Of a stretch of 64,000 bases of DNA, positions 20,972 to 30,723 are shown piece by piece. A model generated the notes under the pieces. The model saw only the letters and a list, made by a program, of their open reading frames with translations, did not search any database and was not told the DNA's origin. The stretch comes from Truepera sp. Lineage in GTDB: Bacteria; Deinococcota; Deinococci; Deinococcales; Trueperaceae. Position 1 is the stretch's first letter, and every line of letters starts with the position of its first letter. The stretch lies in assembly GCA_965218435.1 (NCBI GenBank), contig CBDCKW010000009.1:1696001-1760000 (forward strand), read 5' to 3'. A program made the translations under genes and the position numbers.

Positions 20972-21865
20972 TTAATCTCGAGGACTGGCAGCGGTGGGTG
21001 CGCCAGCGAGGGGAGTAGAGGACGGCGTAGCCCGCAACTGTCCGGCGACCACGCTGCTTAAAATAAGCAGCACGCCGACGCTCTGCCCTAAATTAAACCC
21101 CTGCCCGAGTACAAGGTAGCCGAGCAGCGCCGCCACAACAGGGCTGAGTAAGCCCAGAAAGATCACAGACACACCCAGCTTCTCAATCCCGCGAAACCAC
21201 AGCGCGTAGGCTAACCCTGTACCGATAATGCCCAGGTAGAGAAACCCCAACAGGTTAGGGGGAGTAAGGCGCGGCGGTAAACCCTCGAGCACGAGTGAGA
21301 GCAGCCCTAAAAAGAGCCCCCCGACGACGAGTTGCCAGGCCGTAAAAAGCAGCACCGGTACGTCAGGCTGCGCCCAGCGTTTGGTCAAGACAAGCCCCAC
21401 CGCGAAGCTGAGTGCCCCACCAGAGGCTGCTATCACGCCGAGCGGATCGAGCGCCGCGTGTGGGCCGAGAACTAAAAACCCTACGCCGATCACACCGCCG
21501 ACGCCCGCGAAGAGCGTGACGGCGCTCGGTTGCTGAGCCAACCAGAACCACGCTAAAACGGCAACGAAGAGCGGCCCGACGGCCCCGAGGATCGCCGCAA
21601 CACCGCCGGGTAAGCGGTACGCCCCGACAAATAAACACGCGAAAAAGAGCCCGATGTTAAAAAACCCGAGTACGCTCACGCGCCATAGCCATCTTCTCTG
21701 CGGCAGTCGGCGGTAGAGCAAAACAATAGCTAGTCCTATCGGCAACGCGCGGAGCATACCGGCGAGTAGTGGCCTGTCAGAAGGCAAGAGTTCTGTCGTA
21801 ACCAAGTAGGTACTTCCCCAGGCGATGGGAGCTAGAGCCGTAAGCAAAAAATTTTTTAGGTACAT
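20972..21865 (-). CDS. pecM: EamA/DMT exporter (PecM-like)
   Basis: TALAPIAWGSTYLVTTELLP, AYRLPGGVAA and about 10 TM segments; divergent from a MarR gene. Confidence 0.8.
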   Translation of the reverse strand: MYLKNFLLTALAPIAWGSTYLVTTELLPSDRPLLAGMLRALPIGLAIVLLYRRLPQRRWLWRVSVLGFFNIGLFFACLFVGAYRLPGGVAAILGAVGPLFVAVLAWFWLAQQPSAVTLFAGVGGVIGVGFLVLGPHAALDPLGVIAASGGALSFAVGLVLTKRWAQPDVPVLLFTAWQLVVGGLFLGLLSLVLEGLPPRLTPPNLLGFLYLGIIGTGLAYALWFRGIEKLGVSVIFLGLLSPVVAALLGYLVLGQGFNLGQSVGVLLILSSVVAGQLRATPSSTPLAGAPTAASPRD

Positions 21866-21879
21866 CTTGACATCAAGAT
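21864..21879. promoter_or_regulatory. Palindromic MarR/PecS operator
   Basis: ATCTTGA-CA-TCAAGAT overlapping the pecM start codon; imperfect copies follow within the intergenic gap. Confidence 0.7.
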
Positions 21880-21928
21880 ACTTTATATAAAGCTTAATGT
21901 CAAGAATCTCGATATAGAGGTAAACTGA

Positions 21929-22423
21929 GTGATGGCGAACGACGGTGTAAAGACGATTCTCGAACAGTGGCGGCGTGAACGCACGGACCTGGACGCCTCG
22001 AGCATGGCCATTCTCGGGCGGCTTGCTAGGCTTGCAAAACGCACCGAACAGCGGCTCGAGGCCAACTTCAGGCGCTATGACCTACAGGGAAGCACCTTTG
22101 ACCTTCTAGCCACACTGCGGCGCAGCGGCGACCCGTTTACCCTCAACCCGACCCGGTTACAGAGCGAGATGATGCTCTCTTCGGGCGCGACCACGCACCG
22201 CATTGACCTGCTCGAAACGCGCGGCCTGATCGAACGCCTGCCCGACCCCGGCGACCGGCGCGGCACCCTCGTCAGACTGACCCCGGCGGGAAAAACACTC
22301 GTTGATGAGGTGGTCGTGGCGCATTTAGCGGTGCAAAACGAACTTCTAGCCGGACTGACAGAGCAAGAACGCCAAAGGCTAGCTGAACTTTTGGGCAGCT
22401 GGTCGGAAAGCCTCGAGCTCTGA
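21929..22423 (+). CDS. pecS: MarR family regulator, PecS/UrtR-like
   Basis: EQWRRERTDLD, FDLLATLRRSG, TTHRID and DPGDRRGTLVRLT. Confidence 0.8.
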   Translation: MMANDGVKTILEQWRRERTDLDASSMAILGRLARLAKRTEQRLEANFRRYDLQGSTFDLLATLRRSGDPFTLNPTRLQSEMMLSSGATTHRIDLLETRGLIERLPDPGDRRGTLVRLTPAGKTLVDEVVVAHLAVQNELLAGLTEQERQRLAELLGSWSESLEL

Positions 22424-22425
22424 TA

Positions 22426-23118
22426 CTACTCCGGCAAAATCAGTTTAGGGATAAACGCCAGGGCGTCGGCAGCGACCAGATACGCCGGTGTCTCCCCGAT
22501 CATGTCAACCGCGCGGCGCTCTCCGTGAAGATGGCCAAAGACCACCGCGTCGGCCCCGGCTCCCGCTAAAAGTTCGGTAAACCCGGAGGGCTCGAGCCGT
22601 AAATTTGTCGGTGGGTAATGCAGCATCACGAGCAGGCGGTCACCGGGTTGTCTGAGCTTCGCTGCTGCCGCAAGTGAAAGCTGTAACCGACCAAGTTCGC
22701 GCTCGTAAATTTTCTCGTCCTCAGTGCTAAAATCGCTGCCCCCCGGCGTGACCCAGCCCCGTGTCCCGGCCACCACGACCGAATCAAACCGCAACGCGTC
22801 GTTTTGTACCGCGAACATCCCCTCGGGCAGCGCCGCGCGAAGTTTAGAAACCGACGACCACCAGTAGTCGTGATTGCCGCGTAAGAGCACCTTTTGCCCC
22901 GGCAACGCGGCGAGGTCTTGCAGGTCGGGGAGCGCACCCGCCAGGGTCATCGCCCACGACACGTCGCCGGGAACGAGCACGAGGTCACCGTCTGAAACCG
23001 TCTCGCGCCAGCCGCTAAAAAACCGTTCGGGGTGACCCGCCCAGCCGTCGCCGAAAATCGTCATGGGTTTGGGGTCGGCGCTCGAGAGGTGAGGGTCGGC
23101 GATGGCAAAGACGCGCAT
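22426..23118 (-). CDS. Calcineurin-like metallophosphoesterase
   Basis: ADPHLS, GDVSW, GNHD, HYPP and GHLH. Confidence 0.9.
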   Translation of the reverse strand: MRVFAIADPHLSSADPKPMTIFGDGWAGHPERFFSGWRETVSDGDLVLVPGDVSWAMTLAGALPDLQDLAALPGQKVLLRGNHDYWWSSVSKLRAALPEGMFAVQNDALRFDSVVVAGTRGWVTPGGSDFSTEDEKIYERELGRLQLSLAAAAKLRQPGDRLLVMLHYPPTNLRLEPSGFTELLAGAGADAVVFGHLHGERRAVDMIGETPAYLVAADALAFIPKLILPE

Positions 23119-23145
23119 AAAGGGGCAGTCTACCGCGAGAGTTGT

Positions 23146-23673
23146 CTAAGCGTCAGCCCAACGGAGCGCCGTGCGCGTCACGCCTGAGTGCCCCAACCGG
23201 CCCAAAACCGTACACGCATTTTCCCCAGTCACAGGATGACGCCATCCGGGGGCAACGTCGCAAAGCGGAGCCAAGACGAACGCCCGCCCCAGCAGCCTCG
23301 GATGCGGCAAGGTCAAGTTCGGCGTATTTAGCACCCGGTTGCCGTAAGCGAGCAGGTCGAGGTCTAACGTGCGAGCTGCCCAACAGACGCTGCGGGTGCG
23401 GCCTTGACGGGTCTCGAGCGTCAGCAGTGCTTGCAGCAGCGTTTGCGGGTCGTTCATCAGCGGTTTCAGGGCGATAACGGCGTTGAGATAGTCCGCTTGC
23501 CCCGGTGGGCCGCCTACGGGCACGGTGCGGTAAAGGCTCGAGGCTCCCGTCACCTCACCCAACGCAGCTAGCGCACGCCGCGCTCGCCGGAGTTGCGAGA
23601 GCGGATCGTCAAGATTGCTGCCGAGGGCGATGTAAGCAGTTTCAGGGGGGGCGTTCAGGTCGGCTCGAGTCAT
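23146..23673 (-). CDS. folK: HPPK (6-hydroxymethyl-7,8-dihydropterin pyrophosphokinase)
   Basis: IALGSNL, YLNAV, RTLDLDLL and LPHPR. Confidence 0.95.
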   Translation of the reverse strand: MTRADLNAPPETAYIALGSNLDDPLSQLRRARRALAALGEVTGASSLYRTVPVGGPPGQADYLNAVIALKPLMNDPQTLLQALLTLETRQGRTRSVCWAARTLDLDLLAYGNRVLNTPNLTLPHPRLLGRAFVLAPLCDVAPGWRHPVTGENACTVLGRLGHSGVTRTALRWADA

Positions 23674-24095
23674 CTGAGTTCTAAACGGTGCGTCGCGTTG
23701 GGTTCGGCTGTGGGGATAAAGCCCAAAGCCCCGTAAAACCGGGCCGCTTCGGGGGTCGTCGTTCGCAAACGTAAAACATCGTAGTGTCGCCCAGCTTCTG
23801 TGATGATTGCGGTGACTAATTTCTGTCCGACTTGTTGACGGCGATACTGAGGTAAGACATACAGATGCCGCAGCCGTCCGGTTCTCGGCTCAGCGCCCAG
23901 GTACGGGTCAGGGGTAAGGCCGCCGACCCCAACGAGTTCGTCAGCTAGGCAGCCGTAAAGAGCTGCGCCCGGTTTGGTAAAATCGCTCCGATGTAGCTCG
24001 AGCTGTAACCGCGTCACAAAGTTGAACCCCTCAGCCTGACTCGCCTCGATCAAGGGGCCGAGTTGTGCGTCTCGGGTGAGTTTAGTCACGTTCAC
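23670..24095 (-). CDS. GNAT N-acetyltransferase
   Basis: LRHLYVLPQYRRQQVG and AARFYGALGF. Confidence 0.88.
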   Translation of the reverse strand: MNVTKLTRDAQLGPLIEASQAEGFNFVTRLQLELHRSDFTKPGAALYGCLADELVGVGGLTPDPYLGAEPRTGRLRHLYVLPQYRRQQVGQKLVTAIITEAGRHYDVLRLRTTTPEAARFYGALGFIPTAEPNATHRLELR

Positions 24096-24444
24096 GCCGC
24101 ACCTCGGCGTAAACGTCGCGGACGATCCCCGGCAGCGGTGCGTGCGGTTTGTGGACGCGGACCAACACCGCTTGCGCGAGCGGTTGCGCCGCCAAAATCA
24201 CAGTAGCGAGCTTGTGAGCCAGGGCTTCGATAAGATAGTAACGCGTCTCGGTAACGTGCGCCCGCACGAGGTCGTAGACGGCGCTGTAGTCCACCGTCGC
24301 CGCTAAGTCGTCACGGCCTGAGAGGGACAAACTCAGTTCAACGTCAACCACAAAGCGTGCGCCGAAGTGCGTTTCACTTTCAAAGACGCCGTGCCGCGCG
24401 TGAAACTCGAGCCCCGCCAAAACAATTTTGTCAAGTTCAGCCAC
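24082..24444 (-). CDS. folB: Dihydroneopterin aldolase
   Basis: FHARHGVFESE, TVDYS, LIEALA and KPHAP. Confidence 0.95.
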   Translation of the reverse strand: MAELDKIVLAGLEFHARHGVFESETHFGARFVVDVELSLSLSGRDDLAATVDYSAVYDLVRAHVTETRYYLIEALAHKLATVILAAQPLAQAVLVRVHKPHAPLPGIVRDVYAEVRRERD

Positions 24445-25321
24445 GCAGCGCCTCCCAGACCCGAAGGGCCTGCGCGTGCGCCCGTACGTTATGAACCCGC
24501 ACCATCGCCACGCCTACCGCTGCGCCCCAGAGGTGCAAAGCGACGCTGCCAGGGTCGCGTTCAGCGGCAGGAATGTCTGCAGCACTCTCCCCTGCCAATG
24601 CCCGAATCAAGCCCTTGCGCGACGCCCCGAGCAAGACCGGATAGCCGAGCGCGACCAGGTCGGGTAGCCCTCGGAGCAGCGCCAGGTTGTGCTCCGCCGT
24701 TTTGCCAAAGCCGATACCGGGGTCGAGCATGACCGACGGCAGTCCCGCTGCGAGTGCCCGCACCGCTGTTGTCTTCAGGTAGGTTTGAACCTCGAGTAGA
24801 GCGTCGTCGTAATGCGGACTAGCCTGCATTGTCCTCGGCGTTCCCTGCATGTGCATGACCACCGCAGGTGCCCCTGCCGCCGCACAGACCCGCATCATCT
24901 CCGGGTCGCGGAGCCCCGACACGTCGTTGATCAGGTGCGCCCCGGCATGGAGGGCTGCAGCCGCAACTTCGGGTTTGTAGGTGTCTACGCTCAAGATCAC
25001 CTCAGCACTGCGGAGTTCACGTAACACAGGCAACACGCGGTCAAGCTCAACCTCAGCACTTACGGGTTCCGCCCCGGGCCGGGTTGATTCACCGCCCAAG
25101 TCGAGCACCTGTGCGCCGTCTTTAACGAGTGTCCGCGCGTGGCCCAGCGCAGCGTCTAACTGGTTAAACTGCCCACCATCGGAAAAGCTGTCCGGCGTGA
25201 GGTTGAGAATGCCCATCAGCGCCGTGCCTGCCCAAGACCAGGCAAAGGTACCTGTCCCCTGCGCGGTTCCGAGTGGAACAGGGTAGCCAAAAGTCAGGCT
25301 CGAGGGTTGCGCCGTTTTCAT
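24437..25321 (-). CDS. folP: Dihydropteroate synthase
   Basis: GILNLTPDSFSDGG, GGESTRPG, DPGIGFGK, ASRK and RVHNV. Confidence 0.96.
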   Translation of the reverse strand: MKTAQPSSLTFGYPVPLGTAQGTGTFAWSWAGTALMGILNLTPDSFSDGGQFNQLDAALGHARTLVKDGAQVLDLGGESTRPGAEPVSAEVELDRVLPVLRELRSAEVILSVDTYKPEVAAAALHAGAHLINDVSGLRDPEMMRVCAAAGAPAVVMHMQGTPRTMQASPHYDDALLEVQTYLKTTAVRALAAGLPSVMLDPGIGFGKTAEHNLALLRGLPDLVALGYPVLLGASRKGLIRALAGESAADIPAAERDPGSVALHLWGAAVGVAMVRVHNVRAHAQALRVWEALRG

Positions 25322-25411
25322 AGCCTTTATGCTACCGCAACAACTGGCTAGGTCTACCGTAAGTGATTAGATTCACAATTCTCTTGCTCGTGAAAATTTC
25401 GTTTCTTCAAG

Positions 25412-26728
25412 CTATTGAAATCTCGGCCATAGCTCGGCCTTGGCGTCTAGCAGCAGCGGCCTTATCTCCCCTACGAGATAAAGGCTCCCCGCCACTGCGA
25501 CGACTGCGCCGGGTGCGGTGTAAAAGAGAGCTTCTTTAAGCGCCTCTGCCGGGTTGTCGGTGACGTAAACGGATGGCGCGTAAGGCGTCCAGAGTTCGGC
25601 AAGGGTTTCAGGTAAGGCGGCCCTGGGGCTCAGCACGGCGCGGGTGACGATCACCTGGGACACCACCGGGGCCAACTCGGTTACGAGTCCCGTCAGGTCT
25701 TTGTCCGCTGCGGCTCCAAAAATGAGGGTAACAGACTTTTTACTTAAACGTTTTAGAGCGGCGGCGAGCGCGTGCGCGGCTTGCGGGTTGTGGGCACCGT
25801 CGAGGAGGAAGGTACGGTTTTGATACGGGAGGGGCTCGAGCCTCCCCGCCCAACGGGTCTCTGTCACGCCTTGTTGAATCACAGGCTCGAGCACGCCCAA
25901 TGTTTGTGCCGCTGCAACGGCTAAGGCGACGTTACGGGCCTGATGAAGCCCCAAGAGCGGCGTCGTAACGGTGACGCGCCCAACAGGACTCGCTACCACG
26001 CAACGAACGCCCGACCAACCCAGGTCGGTCGCCTCGAGTGTGATGTCATCTCCCACTACCCAAAGTGGCACGTCCCGCTCAGACGCGGTGGTGCGGAGAG
26101 TCGTAAGCCCTTCCCCTTCCGCGCCTGTAAGGGTCAGAACGTTCGGGCGCATGATGCCCGCTTTTTCAAAAGCAATTTTTGCCAAGGTATCGCCCAAAAT
26201 CTCGGTGTGGTCGAGGGCGACGCCGGTGATGATACTTAAACGCGGCGACAGAGCGTTCGCCGCGTCGAAACGGCCCCCGAGACCGACCTCGAAGACGGCC
26301 ATGTCAACGCCTCGCTGAACAAATAAAACACAACCGAGCGCCGTGACGATCTCAAAAAAGGTTGCGCCGGTGGCCTCGGCGTGTGGGCGCACAAGCTCGA
26401 GACCCGCAAGTAGCTCAGCCGCCGCCACGTGTTCACCGTCAACTAAAAACCGCTCAGCGAAGTGTGTCAGGTGTGGGCTGGTGAATAGCCCTGTACGGCG
26501 TCCGTCAGCCTGTAAAGTCGCCGCGAGCGTCGCGGCGCAGCTGCCTTTGCCGTTCGTTCCGCCCACCAAGATGACTTTGAGGGTGCGTTCAGGGTGCCCC
26601 AAACGCGCTAGGAGCGCCTCAATCCGCCCTAAGCCGAGCTTGACCCCGAACCGCTGTTTGGCAAAGAGCCACTCGAGCTGTGTGTGGAGCGCCGCCAACT
26701 CGGGCGACCCGTCAGTAACGGGCATCAA
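25412..26728 (-). CDS. folC: Folylpolyglutamate synthase/dihydrofolate synthase
   Basis: GTNGKGS, FTSPHL, EVGLGGRFDA, DGAHNP and GSLYLVG. Confidence 0.95.
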   Translation of the reverse strand: MMPVTDGSPELAALHTQLEWLFAKQRFGVKLGLGRIEALLARLGHPERTLKVILVGGTNGKGSCAATLAATLQADGRRTGLFTSPHLTHFAERFLVDGEHVAAAELLAGLELVRPHAEATGATFFEIVTALGCVLFVQRGVDMAVFEVGLGGRFDAANALSPRLSIITGVALDHTEILGDTLAKIAFEKAGIMRPNVLTLTGAEGEGLTTLRTTASERDVPLWVVGDDITLEATDLGWSGVRCVVASPVGRVTVTTPLLGLHQARNVALAVAAAQTLGVLEPVIQQGVTETRWAGRLEPLPYQNRTFLLDGAHNPQAAHALAAALKRLSKKSVTLIFGAAADKDLTGLVTELAPVVSQVIVTRAVLSPRAALPETLAELWTPYAPSVYVTDNPAEALKEALFYTAPGAVVAVAGSLYLVGEIRPLLLDAKAELWPRFQ

Positions 26729-27209
26729 TCTCCTGCAACCGCGCCGCCTCCGCGTCCCCCTCGGGTCGGTGATGACGCGCGACGAGTTCAGCGACGCGCG
26801 CGTCGCCGCCCGCTGCTAAGATCGCCTCAGCCCCGTAACAGTCGTGATGACGCCGCAGCTGCCACGCGCCCCGTAATCCTGACAGGCGCGGCGTCGCGGG
26901 TACCCGGCGCGGCGTGTAAAGAGCGACCAAGATGCGCTGCCACGGCCTGTAGCTACGTCCCGCCTTACCGACGTCGTGCAGCAGGGCGGCGCGGCGCAGC
27001 GTATTTGACGCGTCCGGGTAACGAGCACTGAGCCGCCGCGCGACAGCGCAAGCATGGGCGCGGTCGCGGACATCCATCTGCTGATATAAAGCGTACTCGG
27101 GGCCGGAGAGCGTCTTTTGAGCAAAGGTGTCGTCGGGCCGCGCCAGCTTCGGAAAAAGCGCCATCAGGGTGCGCCACGCCGCATTACCCCACCACTCCGC
27201 AGGTCTCAT
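26712..27209 (-). CDS. HD-domain protein
   Basis: DRAHACAV, AALLHDVGK, HDCYGAE and VARHH; overlaps the folC start. Confidence 0.8.
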   Translation of the reverse strand: MRPAEWWGNAAWRTLMALFPKLARPDDTFAQKTLSGPEYALYQQMDVRDRAHACAVARRLSARYPDASNTLRRAALLHDVGKAGRSYRPWQRILVALYTPRRVPATPRLSGLRGAWQLRRHHDCYGAEAILAAGGDARVAELVARHHRPEGDAEAARLQEIDARY

Positions 27210-27395
27210 AGCCCCAGTCTACCGGACGGCGGTGTATCACGTTTTGTGTATGGAGCCCGACAAAGTCCCTAAGAACAAAGCCCGTAAGAGAGGCAATCAG
27301 ATATGCACAAACGTGATTCTACCGGACAGGTCACGCTGAGCTATTTTGCGAGGTAGTTCGCAGCGTCAGTAGCTGGATAAACCAATACGTGTGCG

Positions 27396-27962
27396 TTAGG
27401 GTCCGGCAGTCACAGCTCTCAACTCACCGAGTGCGTTTTGGACAAGCTGCGAAAAATCGTATGGATCAGACGCGTCAGTCCAGCGTTCAAACGCAACCTT
27501 GAAAACGGCTATCCCGGCGTCAGCCGTCAAACCTGCCGTGGGGTCTTGGGTACCCCGGTTTCGCAGCGCCTCGGCAAGCGCCGTAGACAACGACGCGAGC
27601 TTCAGCAACTCACGCTCTCTGAGTTCTGCGTTTGCGGCGATGATACGTTGGCGTTGCCGCGAGGCTTCGCGGCGCTCCAGGAAAAGGCTTTCGGCAGCCC
27701 CGAGAGCCGCAGCAACCGCGTCAATCGGAGCCAGAGAAGCAGGCGCTTCGGCAACCTTTTCGACAAGAAACGCTTGTAAGACGCTCGAGCCCCCAAAAAG
27801 TACCTCGCGTTTATCGGCGAAGTGCCGGAAAAACGTCCTTTCTGTTAAGCCTGCACGCGCCGCGATCTCAGCTACCGTGGTCTGCTCGAACCCTTTGGCA
27901 CTGTAGAGGTCTAAAGCCGCCTGCTCGAGCCGACCGCGGGCGTTGGACTTCCATCTAGCCAT
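27396..27962 (-). CDS. TetR family regulator
   Basis: TTVAEIAARAGLTERTFFRHFADK HTH. Confidence 0.92.
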   Translation of the reverse strand: MARWKSNARGRLEQAALDLYSAKGFEQTTVAEIAARAGLTERTFFRHFADKREVLFGGSSVLQAFLVEKVAEAPASLAPIDAVAAALGAAESLFLERREASRQRQRIIAANAELRERELLKLASLSTALAEALRNRGTQDPTAGLTADAGIAVFKVAFERWTDASDPYDFSQLVQNALGELRAVTAGP

Positions 27963-27978
27963 AGTTGTAGTTTAGCTG

Positions 27979-28026
27979 ATGACAATGACTGTCATGATGT
28001 ACTACTCTGATGTCAGCCGCTGCCAT
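27979..28026. promoter_or_regulatory. Tandem TetR operators between divergent tetR and SDR genes
   Basis: ATGACA-N5-TGTCAT at 27979-27995 and an imperfect copy ATGTCA-N5-TGCCAT at 28010-28026. Confidence 0.65.
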
Positions 28027-28082
28027 GATCTTTTCTCGCATATGCCGGGGGTTAAAGCAGTCGGCCACTGGAGGTTTTACCC

Positions 28083-28991
28083 ATGCGTATTTTTGTCACC
28101 GGCGCAACCGGCTTTATCGGCTCTGCCGTCGTTCCTGAACTTATCGGCGCGGGTCACCAGGTCGTTGGGTTCGCTCGCTCGGACCGTTCTGCAGACGCTC
28201 TCGCCGCTGCCGGAGCGGAGGTGCGGCGCGGTTCCCTCGACGATTTGGACAGTTTGCACCGTGCTGCTGCCGCGTCAGACGGTGTAATTCACCTTGCGTT
28301 CAAGCACGACCTTGCTTTTTCAGGAAATTTCCAGAGTGCCGCCGACGCCGACCTACGCGCTATTGAAACTCTTGGTGACGCACTTAGCGGTTCGGAACGG
28401 CCCCTGGTCATCGCCTCGGGTGTGCTTGGAATCGCACCGGGACGCGTTGCCACTGAACAGGATAGGTCCGGCGCAGAAGCTGGACCCAGGGCTGTCTCTG
28501 CGCTAGCAACCCTTGCCCTGGCGTCTCGGGGTGTGCGCTCGTCCGTCTTACGGCTCGCCCCGACGGTTCACGGCGAAGGCGACCAAGGCTTCGTGGCGTC
28601 TCTGATCGGCGTCGCCCGCGCTAAGGGCGTCTCCGGCTACGTCGGCGACGGGTCCAACCGCTGGCCCGCCGTACACGTCCTAGACGCCGCTAAGCTGTTT
28701 CGTTTAGCACTCGAGAAAGCACCCGCCGGTGCGGTGTTGCACGGGGTCGCTGATGAGGGTGTGCCGGTTCGCACCCTTGCTGAGGTTATCGGTCAGCACC
28801 TGGGTCTTCCGGTCGTTTCTATCTCACCTGATGATGCGGGCAAACACTTCGGTTGGCTGGCAGGCATGGTTGAGGCCGACAGTCCGGCCTCGAGCGCACA
28901 GACCCGCGCGCTGCTGGGCTGGCAGCCGACCCATCCAGGACTCCTTGAGGACTTAGATCAAGGCCACTACTTCGTCACGCCGTCTGCATAA
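28083..28991 (+). CDS. Atypical SDR / NAD-dependent epimerase-dehydratase
   Basis: TGATGFIG Rossmann motif and RWPAVHVLDAA. Confidence 0.9.
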   Translation: MRIFVTGATGFIGSAVVPELIGAGHQVVGFARSDRSADALAAAGAEVRRGSLDDLDSLHRAAAASDGVIHLAFKHDLAFSGNFQSAADADLRAIETLGDALSGSERPLVIASGVLGIAPGRVATEQDRSGAEAGPRAVSALATLALASRGVRSSVLRLAPTVHGEGDQGFVASLIGVARAKGVSGYVGDGSNRWPAVHVLDAAKLFRLALEKAPAGAVLHGVADEGVPVRTLAEVIGQHLGLPVVSISPDDAGKHFGWLAGMVEADSPASSAQTRALLGWQPTHPGLLEDLDQGHYFVTPSA

Positions 28992-29125
28992 CCAGCTCTA
29001 TAGACAGGCTCGAGTATTATTGCCCGAGCTGTCCGGCGTTGCGCTGACATAAAGCGTCAAAAATCCCGCGCTACCGCTCTATTCATCACGACTCGAGCCA
29101 TCCTACCAACCCAAAGGAGACAACG

Positions 29126-30051
29126 ATGAAAGCAGTCCGTTTTGACCACTACGGCGACCTCGACGTCTTGTACGTCGGTGATATCCCCACACCGACCGCC
29201 GAGCCGGGGCGGGTCGTCGTTGACGTCCGCGCCGCCGGTACCAACCCCGGTGAGGCCACGATCCGTAAGGGCGAGCTGGAGGCGATGTTTCCCGGAACGT
29301 TTCCCTCCGGCCAAGGTACGGACTTTGCGGGCATTGTCGCCGCAGTTGGCGACGGCGTAAACTCCGTGTCGGTCGGCGACGAAGTGATGGGCTGGAGCCA
29401 CGAACGCTCGAGTCAGGCCGAGCAGGTGTCGGTACCCGCCGAGCAGGTCATCCCCAAACCACCGGAGCTGTCCTGGGAGGTCGCGGGCTCGCTCGAAGTC
29501 GCGGGTATGACCGCGTATGCGGCCATGCAAGCCGTCGGCGCTAGTCAAGGTGACACCGTGGCCGTCTCTGCCGCTGCAGGTGGGGTAGGTTCTTTGGTGG
29601 TGCAGATGCTGCGCCGAATTGGTGCCGACGTTATCGGCGTTGCTTCAGAATCCAACTTTGCGTGGTTGCGGTCGGTGGGAGTCACGCCGGTAGCTTACGG
29701 CGATGGACTGGCCGACCGCTCCGTCAGGCCGCGCCGGGGGGTCTTGACGCCTTTGTGGACTGTTTCGGGGGCGGCTACTGCCAGCTGGCCCTCGACCTCG
29801 GGGTCAGCCCACAACGTGTAGATACCATTATTGACTTTGAGGCCGCTCAGAAGCTTGGCGTCAAAGCTGAGGGTGCTGCGGCTATACCGGCAGCTGACAC
29901 CCCGCGAGTGTTTGCTGAGATCGCCGGTATGGTGGCGCACGGTGAGGTGGTCGTACCTATTGAAGCAACCTACCCTCTGGAGCGGGTGCGCGAGGCTTAC
30001 GCTGAGTTAGAGAAGCGCCACACTCACGGGAAGATTGTACTTATTCCGTGA
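29126..30051 (+). pseudogene. NADP-dependent (quinone) oxidoreductase, MDR family, with a 1-nt frameshift near 29719
   Basis: AAGGVG motif in ORF 29126..29821; C-terminal half (...RHTHGKIVLIP) in ORF 29662..30051. One extra C restores ADRLRQAAPGGLD. Confidence 0.85.
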
Positions 30052-30186
30052 GCTTTAGATTATAAAACCAGGCTCGAGCGTCTCTAGCTCTAAAAACCTG
30101 AACAAGATGTCAACAAGGCTGGACTCGAGCCCTCCTCCCCGTCTATAACTGCGGCGGCCCGAGCTGCCACGGTATGCTGGACGCAC

Positions 30187-30723
30187 ATGGATGTACTTGA
30201 CCTCTATACGCGCAGCGGCGGTTACCTCGAGGGGCACTTTCTCCTCGCGTCGGGCCGCCATTCACCCAAGTTTTTACAATCAACCACGGTGTTTCAGTAT
30301 CCCGACTACGCCGAGGCGTTAGGGGGTGCGCTCGCCGCCAAGTTTGCGGACCTGGGGCCGGACTTTGTGCTCGGTCCGGCAATGGGCGGCGTGATTTTAG
30401 CACACACCGTCGCCCGCGCCCTCGGCTGCCGCGCCATCTTCGCCGAAAAGTTCAGCAACCGGATGATCGTCAGAGACGCGTTCAAAATCGCGCCGGGCGA
30501 GCGGTTTTTAGCCGTTGAGGACGTGATTACGACCGGCGGCTCACTCCGCAAAGCGATCCGCGCTGCTGAAGACGAAGGCGCTGAATGTATAGACGTGGGC
30601 TGTATCGTTGACCGTTTGGGCTCCCCGCTTGCACCGCGCTCGCTTCTGAGCCTCGAGTTTCCCTCCTACGCACCAGAAGACTGCCCGCTCTGCCGGGGCG
30701 GTATCCCGCTAGCAGAAGTATGA
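30187..30723 (+). CDS. pyrE: Orotate phosphoribosyltransferase
   Basis: GHFLLASGRHS, GPAMGG and VEDVITTGGS PRPP motif. Confidence 0.93.
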   Translation: MDVLDLYTRSGGYLEGHFLLASGRHSPKFLQSTTVFQYPDYAEALGGALAAKFADLGPDFVLGPAMGGVILAHTVARALGCRAIFAEKFSNRMIVRDAFKIAPGERFLAVEDVITTGGSLRKAIRAAEDEGAECIDVGCIVDRLGSPLAPRSLLSLEFPSYAPEDCPLCRGGIPLAEV

